The notes under the pieces were generated by a model. It did no database searches, had not been told where the DNA came from, and worked only from the letters and a program-made list of their open reading frames with translations. 64,000 nt of DNA from Saccostrea cucullata (Eukaryota), in contig NW_026929387.1 in the NCBI RefSeq assembly GCF_032062105.1, positions 62,001-126,000 on the forward strand, in the 5' to 3' direction. The translations under genes were made by a program, and so were the position numbers. Shown in pieces: positions 51,881 to 63,309 of this stretch. Positions within the stretch are counted from its first letter, which is position 1; every line of letters starts with the position of its first letter.

Positions 51881-54800
51881 TGCTTATAAAAGAATATAGA
51901 GGAAGTTTTTTCTCTCTCACACAAGCTAAATGTAACTGCATTGAGGATTGAATTTTGTATCTCTGACATATGTTTAAAATTTATTCATTGAATAGTTACT
52001 AATATGCAAATGCAGAAAGAAATGAATGTTTATGTATTTTTCATATTTCTGCTGGCCATTCAGTACATTTTTTTAATTGTAGAAAGTAAGACGTGACATA
52101 TAAACAAGAGGGGATAATGACAACCTCGAGAAATTCTAGTAATGATGATGGGTTAATGTAGATAATGCATTCATCAGTGTAATTTTATGTTACCTATTTA
52201 CTGGCTAAAACAAAGAGGCCTCTTTTGATTGGTAAAACAGGGTCTTATTTATAACAATTAAAGCCTAATAAACCTAGGACAGCAATGGGTCCTATAAAAA
52301 GAAATAACAGTTGATTGGATCAGGTTTATAATCATGTTCAATTGTAAAAGTTGTGCAGATTTAATATGAAAATATATTTTAAAAAAGTTGGATTTATTAT
52401 ATATGAAAAAAAATTTTCTTCCTGAAAGTCTTTTTTAATTAATAGAAAAATTAAAACTTATCCATTTTATTTAAAAAAAAAAAAACCTTCAAAATCAGAA
52501 GAAATGTTAAAAGACAATTAGTATTAAATATTTCAAACAAATTTGCTGGGTATTATTTAGATAAAATCTTGAATTTGAGGCAATTTGATGTTCTAACACC
52601 ATGCGCATATGCATCTTATTGTATTTTTTTTTTTTTTATAAACACTCATCAAGATTTAGTACAATTTGACTTTTTATAACCACTCTTCAAGATTTAGTAC
52701 AATTTAATGTTTTATAACCACTCATTAAGATTTAGTACAATTTAACTTTTTATAATCACTCAATAAGATTTAGTACAATTTGACCTTTTATAACCACTCA
52801 TTAAGATTTAGTGCAATTTAACATTTTATAACCACTCATTAAGATTTAGTACAAGTTAACATTTTATAACCATTCAATAAGATTTAGTACAATTTGACTT
52901 TTTATAACCACTTATTAGGATTTAGTACATTTGACAATTGATCTTATTTTGTGGTTTTTGTTAAGTCTGTCCATTATGAAGAAGCCATAAGGTTTGTCTT
53001 TATTGAGCACAAATTATTTGGTTATTACAAAACTAGTGTTCTATTATTAGAATCGTACTTGGAAAAAAGAAAGAAATTGCTCCACAATATTTCGTAATAA
53101 TGCAAATGAACATATGTATGCCGATATTAGATATGAATGCATTTTAAAATTCAATGAACACAAATTCTTCCAAAGAAAAACAGAGTTTTCTCAGAAATGA
53201 ATGAAGTGCTGACAACAAGTATGTGGATAATGAGTTACAATTGCTTATTTATGCACTAATTATGATAAATTTATATAACAAATTAAAAGGCGAAATACTC
53301 ACAGTTGGTCAATTTAGTCCATGTAAAATTTCTTCATCGCAGGATTGGAGGCTAAAAATAGCTAACAAGTTACCTGTGGGGTTTTGAAAACTTTTTTGAC
53401 AGGTGCTTGTCTAATTAAGAATTCAGGAATTCAGAATTACTTACCTTGTCATAGCTTTGCGTGATCACGCTGATACATCTCTTGTAGGACCCAGTTTGTC
53501 GGTATAAAATCACTATGGTGGGTTGCTTGTACAGCAAATCCGAGCCAACGGGCATGACTGCTGGTACAAGAAAAGAATGATGAAATCTTTTGTTTTTGTT
53601 TTTAACCAGGGCTTGTGTGTGTTTATAGCTTTGTTATTGTTTATATTCTGCAGTGTACGAGATGGTGCAGTGTGCCGTGGAGTATGGCAGTCCCTGTGAG
53701 CCGGACCACATCACCTTTGGAGAGTTTTGTATTCTGGTGACAGAACTCCAGAACTATTACTCCAGGAGGTGGGTACTCTAAAGCATATCACATGTGCATT
53801 AAAAAAATATATTAAGCAATTTTATTTTTTTTTAGTTGGTTTGTAAAAGTGCGATAAATTTTGAAAGTATGAATAAACATTCCTGTTGAAAAGCAAAAAA
53901 GCAATTTGCAAGATCCAAATGATTGAATGCTTAAAACTGGTAAATATTCCCTTAAAAATATAACCAATGATCGGAATTTTAAAATGGTACAGATTGCTTA
54001 AAATAGATAGATGCTCCAGCAAATTTTTCAATTTAAAGACGACACCTTTAAGAGTTTCATAAATAAAATCTAAAAACAAGTGATTTTTTTTTTATCCTTT
54101 GGTAAAAAATAGAGTACCTGCCCTTGTAAATACCGTTATTAATTGTCACATGTAGACGTAATTTATCATTAATCAAGGTGGAGGCTGCGTTTTTATGTGG
54201 TTTAAGCCATCACTCTATGACATCAGGAATCAACCAAGTGTTACAAAATATGTTTATATACCTTCTATCTGTGATCTCAGAGTCATATTAGCTGAAACTA
54301 TCATTCACCTAACTTGTTTATAAATCGTCAGTTAAGGATCATAGTGAAATAGAAACTGAAAATTTTCAGTCACATAACAATGGTCAACATCAAAAGACAG
54401 TAAGTAATTTATGTTGGGATTTTTTTTAAACTCCTTTTTCCCTTAGTTTTTATCTATTTTTTTAAATTATTGATTTATAGGGAAAGAAATATTTTATAAA
54501 GATGCAGTTAAGAAACATAAAATGATAAATCATGTATTAAAATTAATTTTCTTTTCAGATAGGTTAAATAAAAATTGTTTATCCTGGAAATAATAATGGC
54601 TTTACAAATATCACCAATAATTATTTTATTATGAGATTGAAGTATTGAAAATTTTCTTTTAAGATAAGACAGATGAAATAACAACATGTTTACAAAATCT
54701 CTAATTAATAAGATGAATAATAATAAACCTATCATCAAAATAAAATTAAAAATTGAAATGTTGTTTATCTACTTCATGATAAAAACCAATGATAATATTT

Positions 54801-57800
54801 TAAGTTGATAGAGGGAATTAATCAAAGTAGTCTTACATAAATTTTATATGATGTAGATAATTGTATAGACATTGTGGACTATGGGTAAACTTTGTTCAGC
54901 GAGTGAAATTGACATGACATATTTGTGACAAAGTTGATGCATTAATGACTGTGTACACAGACAAGACGATTTGTTTGTCCGCAGTATGTTATACTGGTGC
55001 CTATATATTTGTAGGCTATCGCCCCCAGTCCCTAAGTCCCTCTACAAGGACAAGTGTCAAGACACCATGGAATGTTCAAAGTGGAAGCGAAAAGGTGAGA
55101 GACTAAAAAATCTGTAAACTCTACAGATTTCTATTGTAGATTTAAGAATTTCCCCCATATAATTAATGATTAAGAAATACTGTTGTGTTTAAATTATAAT
55201 GACAAGCCAAGAATATGTCATTGCATGGCAAAATTATTAAGGCATTGAATTCATAGAATTTCCAAAATTAGAAAAGAAAACATATGTATTTCTGAACCTC
55301 TCCTTTGTAACAGTACCAATTTTTTAATCCTCCTTTTTTTTTATTGCTTTAGTATAAATTTTATGATCCTCCCTTCATTTTAGCTTTAATTTTATGATCC
55401 TCCCCTCATTTTAGTGTTCATTCTATGATCCTCCTGTGTGAACAGTATAAGTTACAGCTTGAAATTGTATGATCCCCCTTTCGTTTACAATATAAGTTAG
55501 TGTTAATTTTTTGACCCTCCCTTTTGTTGGTGTCTTCTAGCTATTCCCACTTTTTAAAAATCTCAATTCCACCTATTCCCACTTGCAAATAACAATAGAT
55601 TTATAGATTTACCTGTATTTTACCATTATTTTGTACATTTTAAGACAGAAAACAAATATATTTATAAAAAAAATATTTAAAATATACAAATTCACTGAAA
55701 GAAATACTTTTGCATGTGTGTAATTATTATTAATTTTTTTTATTTAAAATAAAATGCTCTATATTATGAAATGTTTTACCACACACCAGTCTATTGCAAT
55801 GTGATTTTTTAATGAATAAAAATAAATAACTTATCTGCTATTTTTATTTAAAAAGTCTAATTTCTCATTGAAATAGAAGTAAAAAGCCAGATTTTTAAAT
55901 TTAAAATATCAAATTTACCTTTCCTCTACTCCCAGTGGTTTAATAATTACTGTTTTCACAGTAATGACATGCTTATTCAACTAATAATTTGTTTACACAA
56001 AAATTCCACCTACTCCCACATGAAATTTCACTTTTTCTACCTGATTCTCAAAAAGTGGGAATAGCTTGCATAAACCCTTTTGTTAAGTGATAATTTTATA
56101 ATGCTTCCCATTGTTTCAGTGTAAATTTTATGATTCCCCTCTTCATTATACATTGATAATTTTATGCCCTAGCTTTATTACATTGAAAATTTTACAATGT
56201 ATGATCCTCCCCTTCATTTTATTGTAATGGTCTTTATCATCCTCTTTGTTTCAGTGATAATTTTATGATTCCCCCCATTGTTACAGTGATAGTTTTATGA
56301 TCCTCCCCTTTGTTTTAATGTGATTTTTATGTTCCACCCCTTTGTTTTAGTGTAATTTTTTATGATCCTCCCCTTTGTTTCAGTGTTTTTAGGTGGTTCC
56401 TGTAATCCCACCACATGGAGACAGGAGGCAGCTATACCATTCTTCAAGAAAAAAGGAATAACTTTCTATAATCCAGTAAGTTTCATTTACTGAAGAGAGA
56501 GAAAGAGACTGGTGTAAAACATACACTTTATCTAGCATTTTAAAAACATATTTTAAAATGTTTCTTCAGTGATTTATTGTTCTGACACAAAATTTGATTT
56601 GAACTCCTATAACTATTTTTGTAGTTAAACTATATTTTTTATTCTCAAGTTATAAACTACTCTTAATTTATAAGGACATCTTGCTGTCAAATTCCAATGA
56701 GTTCAGTACTAAATCACTATCCAACAAGCACTGTTTATAGATGGTGAAAGGAATACTAATGGATAAAATAAGGAAACATGCCACTTTATTTTGTCTTGGA
56801 GTAAATCTCCAAGTGTTGTTTATTGGTAGAAAAACTCTTATTAAATTGCTAATTAGTTTTCAAAGGAATTTTCATGTAAAGTAGAAATATTATCGGAGTA
56901 CCTGTACTCTAAGTTAAACGAGGAATTTGACCTTGTTGTCATTTATTTTGGTATATTTATCAAATCGTGACCTTTCACTAATTTCTGAATTATTCCATTG
57001 TTTGACAGCTGGCATATTGCTGTTACGTCACTGACATTTCTAAATTCAAGTGTTTATACCTTTAAAATTAATGAAAATCACTTTATAAATTTAGTGGAGC
57101 TATAATTTATCATTTTTCAATTTTGACATTTTACTCCGCAATTCTGAAAAGAAGAATACTTAATGTGGTGTATTTATTCATATGTTTTTGTTTTCTTTTA
57201 CAGCAAGTTCAGACATGGCGGCCTGAATTAATGGAAGTGGAGGCACAAGCTAAAGAGGTTAGTCGAAATTTGTGGTCATGACGTTTGAATTAAGACACTA
57301 AACAAGGACCTCTGTCCTAAAACTATTTTATACCAAGATGGTCTTTGATGGAACATGATTATAGTTTGTAACTTTTACATAAGTGGTGTATAACAGGGGG
57401 AAAATAAATGTACTTGACAAAAGTTCATACAAAGGACATCCTGTCCACTACATGCTTAACTTGACAAATAGAAAATGTCTCAGAGTTCAAGATTTGATTT
57501 TAAGAAAATAGTGATTTTTTTTTTTTTTAAATTTAATGTGGTTGAATTAACCAATCCTTGAATGATGACAATTTGATTAATATTAGATGATTTGAGAGGA
57601 TTGTATTTGGTTCATAGAATGATTTTATTTATGGTTTATTTATTAAAATTTAATTCAAAATATAATTTAATTGTGAATGAAGTAATTTTAATTCATAACC
57701 ATGGGAAAAAAGCCATCGATAAAGTTATCCTATTCATGTATACATGTACTGTTAAAGGAAATAAATTTTAATTATAGAGAGGCATACTAATGATGGCCGA

Positions 57801-60800
57801 TGTTTAAGTAGTTATCAAATATAGACAAAATAATATAAGGAAGTGAAGGTAACAAATCTGATTGATGTCTATTGCCACCAAGGAGTCATGAAATTAAATA
57901 TTTGTTGACCCCAAGGTCGAATGCATAATTGATAAATTGGACAGTAAAGTGCTTATTGTCACTTGTAAACATTTGAACAGTGAATGCATTGTGTAAGTCT
58001 GTGGAATTTGATGTTTTTTAGAGTGCAGATCTTTTGATGTTTGTGATTGATAACAGAACTCGAGCAGTGTCCTCGATGATAGAAACAGCATATTTAACAG
58101 GTAAGGATAAAAAATACATATACAAGATCCTACTTCAACTACGACCCCCCAAAAATGCGCTCTTTTATTGCACTATCAGCCACAATATTAGCAAGGTATG
58201 CAAAATGTTTAATTGTAAAGTTAATTAGCTGGAAAAATTAGACTTCTACATAGTGCTGACAAATGAGATGCTTGTTATCTGGGTCAGATGTACATGACAT
58301 GTTTGATAAGACTTGCAGATTTTTGCCTGGTGTTTTAGGATTTTGTTCATTTGAGGTTTGTTTCTAATTTTGTCAGCACGTGGCAGACAGGTGATAGCAG
58401 TGATGGATGATTATAATGCCACAGATGTTTACTTCAACCAGGAGAGAGTCACAGCAAAGTAAGGAATCAAACCACAAGGTCAAGCTTGTTCATAGAAAAA
58501 AAATAATAATTTATACGCATGTCTCAAGTTTCCTGTTAGTTTTTTTTTTATAATATGTGAAAACCAGAACACAATTTTATTTTTCTTCTAACTACATGAT
58601 TTGATTATACAACTGTAATAAGCTGTAATAAATCTTAAGTTTTAGTGTTTTAATTTGGAAATCAATCATTTCTTTGAGGTTTTTAAGTTCATGTAGTTCT
58701 TTTTTATATTTACATTTTGTAATTCCAATATTTTTGTACCTTATATTTTTGGAAATATACGTCCCAGATTTTACACTTACACGTATTTGGAAAATCACCC
58801 TGTATGTAATCGATCATTATTTAAACACTTATAGATCCATTAAATGATTTATCATTTGAAATCAAAGAAAAGTTTTGACAGATACTCTTGATCAAAAAGG
58901 AATTTTCAAATTTATGCTTAACACAGATATTTTATCTTTTCTGCTTGTCATTTATCTTGGAGATTTGATAAAAGATTGATTATCATCAGCAATGACTTTC
59001 ACTTTTTTAAAATTTATGCATATTTCTAACAATCCCTGTCCTGTTACATAGGGAGCTTGATGATATATTAAGAGGTCGTCAAATTCTGGTTGATCTAATT
59101 GAAAGAAATGCCCTCCCAGTCTTCAAGGAAGTCAACACAGCCCTGCGATGTGCTGCACATGTCATACAAAAAGTAAGTCAGAAAAAGACCTTCAAATAAA
59201 TAACATGTACATGACAAACCTAGAGCATTAGTCCTATAAATAACCCTGAATAAACAAGTGCTTATTATTTTTTTTTTGGTTGCTAGAATATCCCAGTATC
59301 AGATCTCGGTAAAGAACAAGGAGCAGTGCCTACCAAATATGGCTTTCTTAAAGTTGGAGAGCTTTTACTGTAAGTAAAAACACTTATCAGTTATCGCAAA
59401 GTTGTAATATAATTGTTTGGCAATAATCTCTTTAAAATTTAAAATAGAAAAGTTCAATGTTCACTTTTGTTTTCTTACAGTCAGCTCAGAGAGGCTTTTA
59501 ACTCCATGAACACATCCACTGATGGGAGACTCAATCTGTCTGATGTGAGTTGTCTTTACTTCTTTAAAATAGAAATCAAATATACAAAACAAAGACTTTC
59601 TTTCATTATAATACTTTTGAAAGAACATGTGTACTTATTTAAAGTCCTTTATTTAACAGATCTGTTTGGCTCATAAGAGCTGCATGGGATTTGATCTAGA
59701 CGTTAACTGGTTGAAGAGATGTGGCCATTGTAATGACAACACAACTTACAGCTTTGAGGAATTCTGTTGTATCCTCGCCGAGTACCACTCACAGAAAAAG
59801 TCCGTCTGGAAGCGAGTCATTGACATAGCAAGAAATATGTTACCATCAAGTAAGTAGCAAAACACGCAGTCTCTTTTTTTCCCGTCTTTTTTTTTAACTG
59901 AAAACTTTATTTATGATCCAGTTTTGTAACAATCTTATTCTCTACTTTCTATTTTATTGTCGTAGGTGTGTCCCAGCATGCCCTGGGTATGGATTGTAAC
60001 AAAGAGTATGACTCGACCTTTGACATCTACCTAGGGGGAAGCTGTGGGGACTCAGAATGGAGGGACAATATTGCCATTCCCACCATCAGGTGAGCACAAG
60101 CACCTGTCCAGAAAAAAAAATATAGAATTAAAAAGAACAAAGTATGTCAAACCTCAGTAAATAGTTTGTTTTTCTTATCAAGACTTTGTTACATTTTAGG
60201 AAGTATGGTTTGTCCTATGCCAATCCTCATGTCAGAGCTGAGTGGAAGCATAAGTTCATCCCAATGCAGGTGGCCAACCGTGAAAAATGTCGAGTTCTGT
60301 TGTACGTGATCACCGGAAAAACCAGGTCTCTCTCCTCCATGATAGAGGTCAGTCTGCCTTTGTATAATAATATAAAAACACCAATATTTTAATGATTCAT
60401 TTACAAAATGTGTTATGTAGTACTTAATTATTGATTTTTTTCTTCTTTGTTTTACATTAGGCTGGTTATTACATTGGAAAAGGTTGCAAAGTAGTTCTTT
60501 GTGTTCAGAAAATGGTACCAGACACCTATATTGGAGGCGAGAAGGTAACAGTTATTTTTTAAATGTCAATTCACTGTTACAAGCTTTCAGTATGATAAAC
60601 TATAAATCCATGTAAATATGATAATCATTCATTGTCAGATAGTCTTTGTTATCATCCTTTGGTCAAGGTTGTTGACACACACTGATATCATGTTTGTATC
60701 TGTGTACAGATAACAAAAGCTGCTGCTGACGACTACAATAGAGGGCGCTCCTACTTGATTGACCTTGCCAGTCGTGAAGGAGTTCAATTGTTTGAGGACA

Positions 60801-60934
60801 TAAGTGAAGCTGTGGACTGTGCTATAGACAGCCTTCCAGAGCGCTGCTCGATGACGTCAGTGTCCAGGGCTGGCACACCACAAAAGATTTCTCGACCGAA
60901 CACTCCTGTGAAGATACGTAGTCCTGTGTTATAG
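49156..60934 (+). CDS. raw: Raw/OLRN-1-like protein: two tandem modules of EF-hand-like helices plus a nucleoside 2-deoxyribosyltransferase-like domain, ~595 aa, 17 coding exons
   Basis: join(49156..49259,49486..49518,50203..50312,53654..53768,55015..55094,56384..56475,57204..57257,58022..58100,58377..58458,59052..59172,59287..59369,59481..59544,59660..59849,59966..60089,60200..60347,60461..60544,60710..60934) = 1788 nt. All introns are GT-AG, phases are consistent and there is no internal stop. Motif pairs: VFLGGSCNPTTWR/IYLGGSCGDSEWR, FYNPQV/YANPHV, SSMIE twice, ITFGEFC/YSFEEFC. The family call is from motif recognition. An upstream in-frame ATG at 49081 is also possible. Confidence 0.85.
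49486..49518 (+). CDS. raw-like exon 2 (33 nt)
   Basis: ttgcag|G TAT ATC AGT GTA TAT GCA CCG AAA AAA ATA AG|gtattt, phase 2-2. Confidence 0.55.
50203..50312 (+). CDS. raw-like exon 3 (EF-hand-like)
   Basis: DLLRVFNKFQDGNERLPIHLIRDVFNSINLYPSNSQ; flanked by ag/gt. Confidence 0.85.
51461..51730 (+). mobile_element. Short HINE-like element in an intron of the raw-like gene
   Basis: 5' ttattatgccc, GTCY-like tract, 3' gggcataag plus a tttgacaaac hairpin and tcttgtt end. Confidence 0.6.
51849..51879. repeat. (GA)n microsatellite
   Basis: Directly visible. Confidence 0.9.
52635..52935. repeat. 38-bp minisatellite, ~8 copies
   Basis: cactcattaagatttagtacaatttgactttttataac at a 38-bp period (52643, 52681, 52719...). 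Confidence 0.92.
53654..53768 (+). CDS. raw-like exon 4 (EF-hand-like)
   Basis: VYEMVQCAVEYGSPCEPDHITFGEFCILVTELQNYYSR. Confidence 0.9.
54370..54399 (+). CDS. Candidate alternative 30-nt micro-exon of the raw-like gene
   Basis: attttcag|T CAC ATA ACA ATG GTC AAC ATC AAA AGA CA|gtaagt; symmetric phase 2-2, in frame, consensus donor. Confidence 0.45.
55015..55094 (+). CDS. raw-like exon 5
   Basis: LSPPVPKSLYKDKCQDTMECSKWKRK, phase 2-1. Confidence 0.8.
55300..56385 (+). repeat. ~32-bp minisatellite whose unit matches the exon-6 splice acceptor, interrupted by a MITE
   Basis: Unit attttatgatcctcccctttgtttcagtg; the last copy supplies the real CAG|TG acceptor at 56381-56385. Confidence 0.8.
55529..56076. 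mobile_element. MITE with 8-9-bp TSD (hAT- or Mutator-like)
   Basis: Inverted AGCTATTCCCACTTTTT / AAAAAGTGGGAATAGCT; CTTTTGTT repeated directly at 55521-55528 and 56077-56084. Confidence 0.7.
56384..56475 (+). CDS. raw-like exon 6 (start of NDT-like domain 1)
   Basis: VFLGGSCNPTTWRQEAAIPFFKKKGITFYNP|gtaagt. Confidence 0.93.
57204..57257 (+). CDS. raw-like exon 7
   Basis: QVQTWRPELMEVEAQAKE. Confidence 0.92.
58022..58100 (+). CDS. raw-like exon 8
   Basis: SADLLMFVIDNRTRAVSSMIETAYLT. Confidence 0.92.
58377..58458 (+). CDS. raw-like exon 9
   Basis: ARGRQVIAVMDDYNATDVYFNQERVTA. Confidence 0.9.
59052..59172 (+). CDS. raw-like exon 10
   Basis: ELDDILRGRQILVDLIERNALPVFKEVNTALRCAAHVIQK. Confidence 0.92.
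59287..59369 (+). CDS. raw-like exon 11
   Basis: NIPVSDLGKEQGAVPTKYGFLKVGELL. Confidence 0.9.
59481..59544 (+). CDS. raw-like exon 12 (EF-hand-like)
   Basis: QLREAFNSMNTSTDGRLNLSD. Confidence 0.92.
59660..59849 (+). CDS. raw-like exon 13
   Basis: ICLAHKSCMGFDLDVNWLKRCGHCNDNTTYSFEEFCCILAEYHSQKKSVWKRVIDIARNMLPS. Confidence 0.9.
59966..60089 (+). CDS. raw-like exon 14 (start of NDT-like domain 2)
   Basis: VSQHALGMDCNKEYDSTFDIYLGGSCGDSEWRDNIAIPTI. Confidence 0.92.
60200..60347 (+). CDS. raw-like exon 15
   Basis: KYGLSYANPHVRAEWKHKFIPMQVANREKCRVLLYVITGKTRSLSSMIE. Confidence 0.92.
60461..60544 (+). CDS. raw-like exon 16
   Basis: AGYYIGKGCKVVLCVQKMVPDTYIGGEK. Confidence 0.92.
60710..60934 (+). 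CDS. raw-like last coding exon
   Basis: ITKAAADDYNRGRSYLIDLASREGVQLFEDISEAVDCAIDS...IRSPVL*, TAG at 60932-60934. Confidence 0.92.
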   Translation: MTKAAADDYNRGRSYLIDLASREGVQLFEDISEAVDCAIDSLPERCSMTSVSRAGTPQKISRPNTPVKIRSPVL

Positions 60935-61544
60935 AGATTGTATATGATGAATTTTCCCCATCCCAGGGAATTGTCTCATCATTAGACTGGGTAACACACT
61001 GTGCTTGTTGCTGTTGTTGCTACCCCGTAGTTAGCCATGGCTTGAGGCGTAGTAGCAACTTTTAAGGAAGGAACCACTAATTTGCTGACTAATTGCCTGC
61101 CATGTGATGTATCCCTCATCAATTCAACTTTGACCAAAGGCATATGATATTGATGAATCTGCCTTGACTAAGACGTAATCCTCATCTATTGAGGTCAAAA
61201 ACACAATCTTCTTTCTACCTCTCTGTCTCTTTCAACGTCTTAGTTGGAAAATGAAAGTAGAAAAGATTTGCGAAAGGGAAGCAATTCTTGTTGCAGAATA
61301 GCAAGATCACCTCATTAATTGCTACAATAATGTAGACTGTCCATTATGTAAATCCAATTTATGAAACGGGTTTTTGTTTTGTTTTTTTTAATTTTAGTTT
61401 TATATGTCAGATATTGTTTTATCTGTTTTCAGAAAAAAAAAACAAATTTGAAGAATAGATCCATTTTGAATTTTCTTCTTTCTCTCTCAGGAAGTCTCAT
61501 ATTTTTTTGTAAGTTTGTCATGTTGTGTTTATGTATTGTAAAAT

Positions 61545-61563
61545 AATAAATAAAACAAATAAA
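61545..61563 (+). promoter_or_regulatory. Polyadenylation signal cluster for the raw-like gene
   Basis: Overlapping AATAAA hexamers (aataaataaaacaaataaa) about 610 nt after the stop, following a T-rich UTR. Confidence 0.55.
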
Positions 61564-63309
61564 AGCTACTTTGATTGTTGCTTAATCATGACATGTCAAG
61601 AAATCGGAAGCAGGGAGGCCGATTTTGGTGGAAGTAATCTAGTCAACATTGATCGTAGACCCCATCCCCAAAACATAATTCTGACAAGTTTTGTGTAAAT
61701 TCCACAAGACTAGTGTTAATAGAAAGATTACACAGAAAGACCTGTGTCTATATAACAATTAATCAGATAATGTATTCAGTATCTCAATTTTTCTTTAGTG
61801 TTTAACCGAATTATATGAATTATCAGTCTTTCTGACGTATATATGTAGTTTTTCTTTATTGTGAACAATTTCCTAAACATCTGATATATTGCCTGTGCAT
61901 GTCATTAATTTTTAATGACGAAATTGTTAATCAACCCATGTAATTGATTTATTAATTTAATTAGGACATAGAATCAATTGATTACTATCTTTTCGTAAGA
62001 TGAAGGCTCTGTATGTGAATTGTGGTGAAGAATTATATCGGTGATAATGTCATTTTCCGGTCGCACCACTGACATTTATTTCAGACGTGTTTATAAAAAA
62101 TTAAACATCTCTAATATAATATAAATGATCAAAGCTTTGTGTAAACAATATGGCAAGCGTCAAATCTCCACACACAATGCTGTGGTAAGTTTTTTTATCA
62201 AGTAAAATTCAAATTATTATGCATATTAAAGTGAATGTTTTCTTCTCTTCCCAAGTTGTACTCAATGTCTTATAGGCGAAGCTTACTGCTCCTGAAAAGT
62301 TTTTTTCATGTAAATGATAAGAATTTTGACGACCGATGTATTTTATATGTATCCCGGACCGGTATGCAATTTATATCATCGAAAGGAGCATCTTTCACAT
62401 CTTTCCACTCTCAGTGGCGTTGTTGGAGCGTTGTCAGCCAGCTCACAAAACAAGAGCGATCATATTTCTAACTTATTTGTTGCACACCTGACAAAAAGAT
62501 GGGAGTCTTTAAAGTATAATTGTAGAATAAGACTTACACCAGGGACTTGTTCTTTTGTTTCAGTGGCGTTGATGAGGTGGAATTACTTATATTCTATAAG
62601 AACTTTTCAGCACGTGTTAATTTTTTACATTCATGATATAAAATCAAGGAAAAGATGACACAGAACATTTGAATTGACAAAATTGAAAAAAAGAAGGGTT
62701 TAGGTGCTATAACAAATAAGAATTAATTAATTATTCAAATAGATCACAGATTGCTAAAGGGCCGTGAGTGCAAGGCACAGGTCTTAATTCATAGCCCTCC
62801 ACCGGCAAGTGGTATTGTCTTTTTTCACGAGTTGGACTGGATTTTTTGAAATTGTCACAAGTGCGAAGCGCAAAAGGAGTGAAACAGTTTTTTTGTAAAT
62901 TCAAGTTATATGATGAGAAGATTTATGTTAAGAAAAAAATCTTTCTCAAAAATGATTTATTTTTATAATTTAGAAAAGTTGACGATGGAAATTTAAAGCT
63001 ATTTTTTAGTCATCTTGTTTGTCATACATTTTATTGTTTATTTGTCCTTATCGTCTCATCGTCGCAAACCACGGCAAAAATGTACGATCCTCTCCCAGCT
63101 ATATGCGGTCTCCGGACTGTGGCTTGAGATGATGTTATTGTCTATAGTCAGCAAAACAACAAATTATAAAGCAGATAGAACAGACTCTTTGGTGTCTTTT
63201 ATTTCAAGAACACTGAAAGTCGCTATAAAAATGAAAAAAAAAAACTATACTTCCAATTTATGAAACATCGTCCATAGATGTATGTTTTTTAAAATAAATT
63301 TCACTTCAC

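Noticed and set aside
52635-52935. 38-bp repeats as a CRISPR array
   Set aside because: Head-to-tail units with no unique spacers, no cas genes and a eukaryotic intronic location; this is an ordinary minisatellite.
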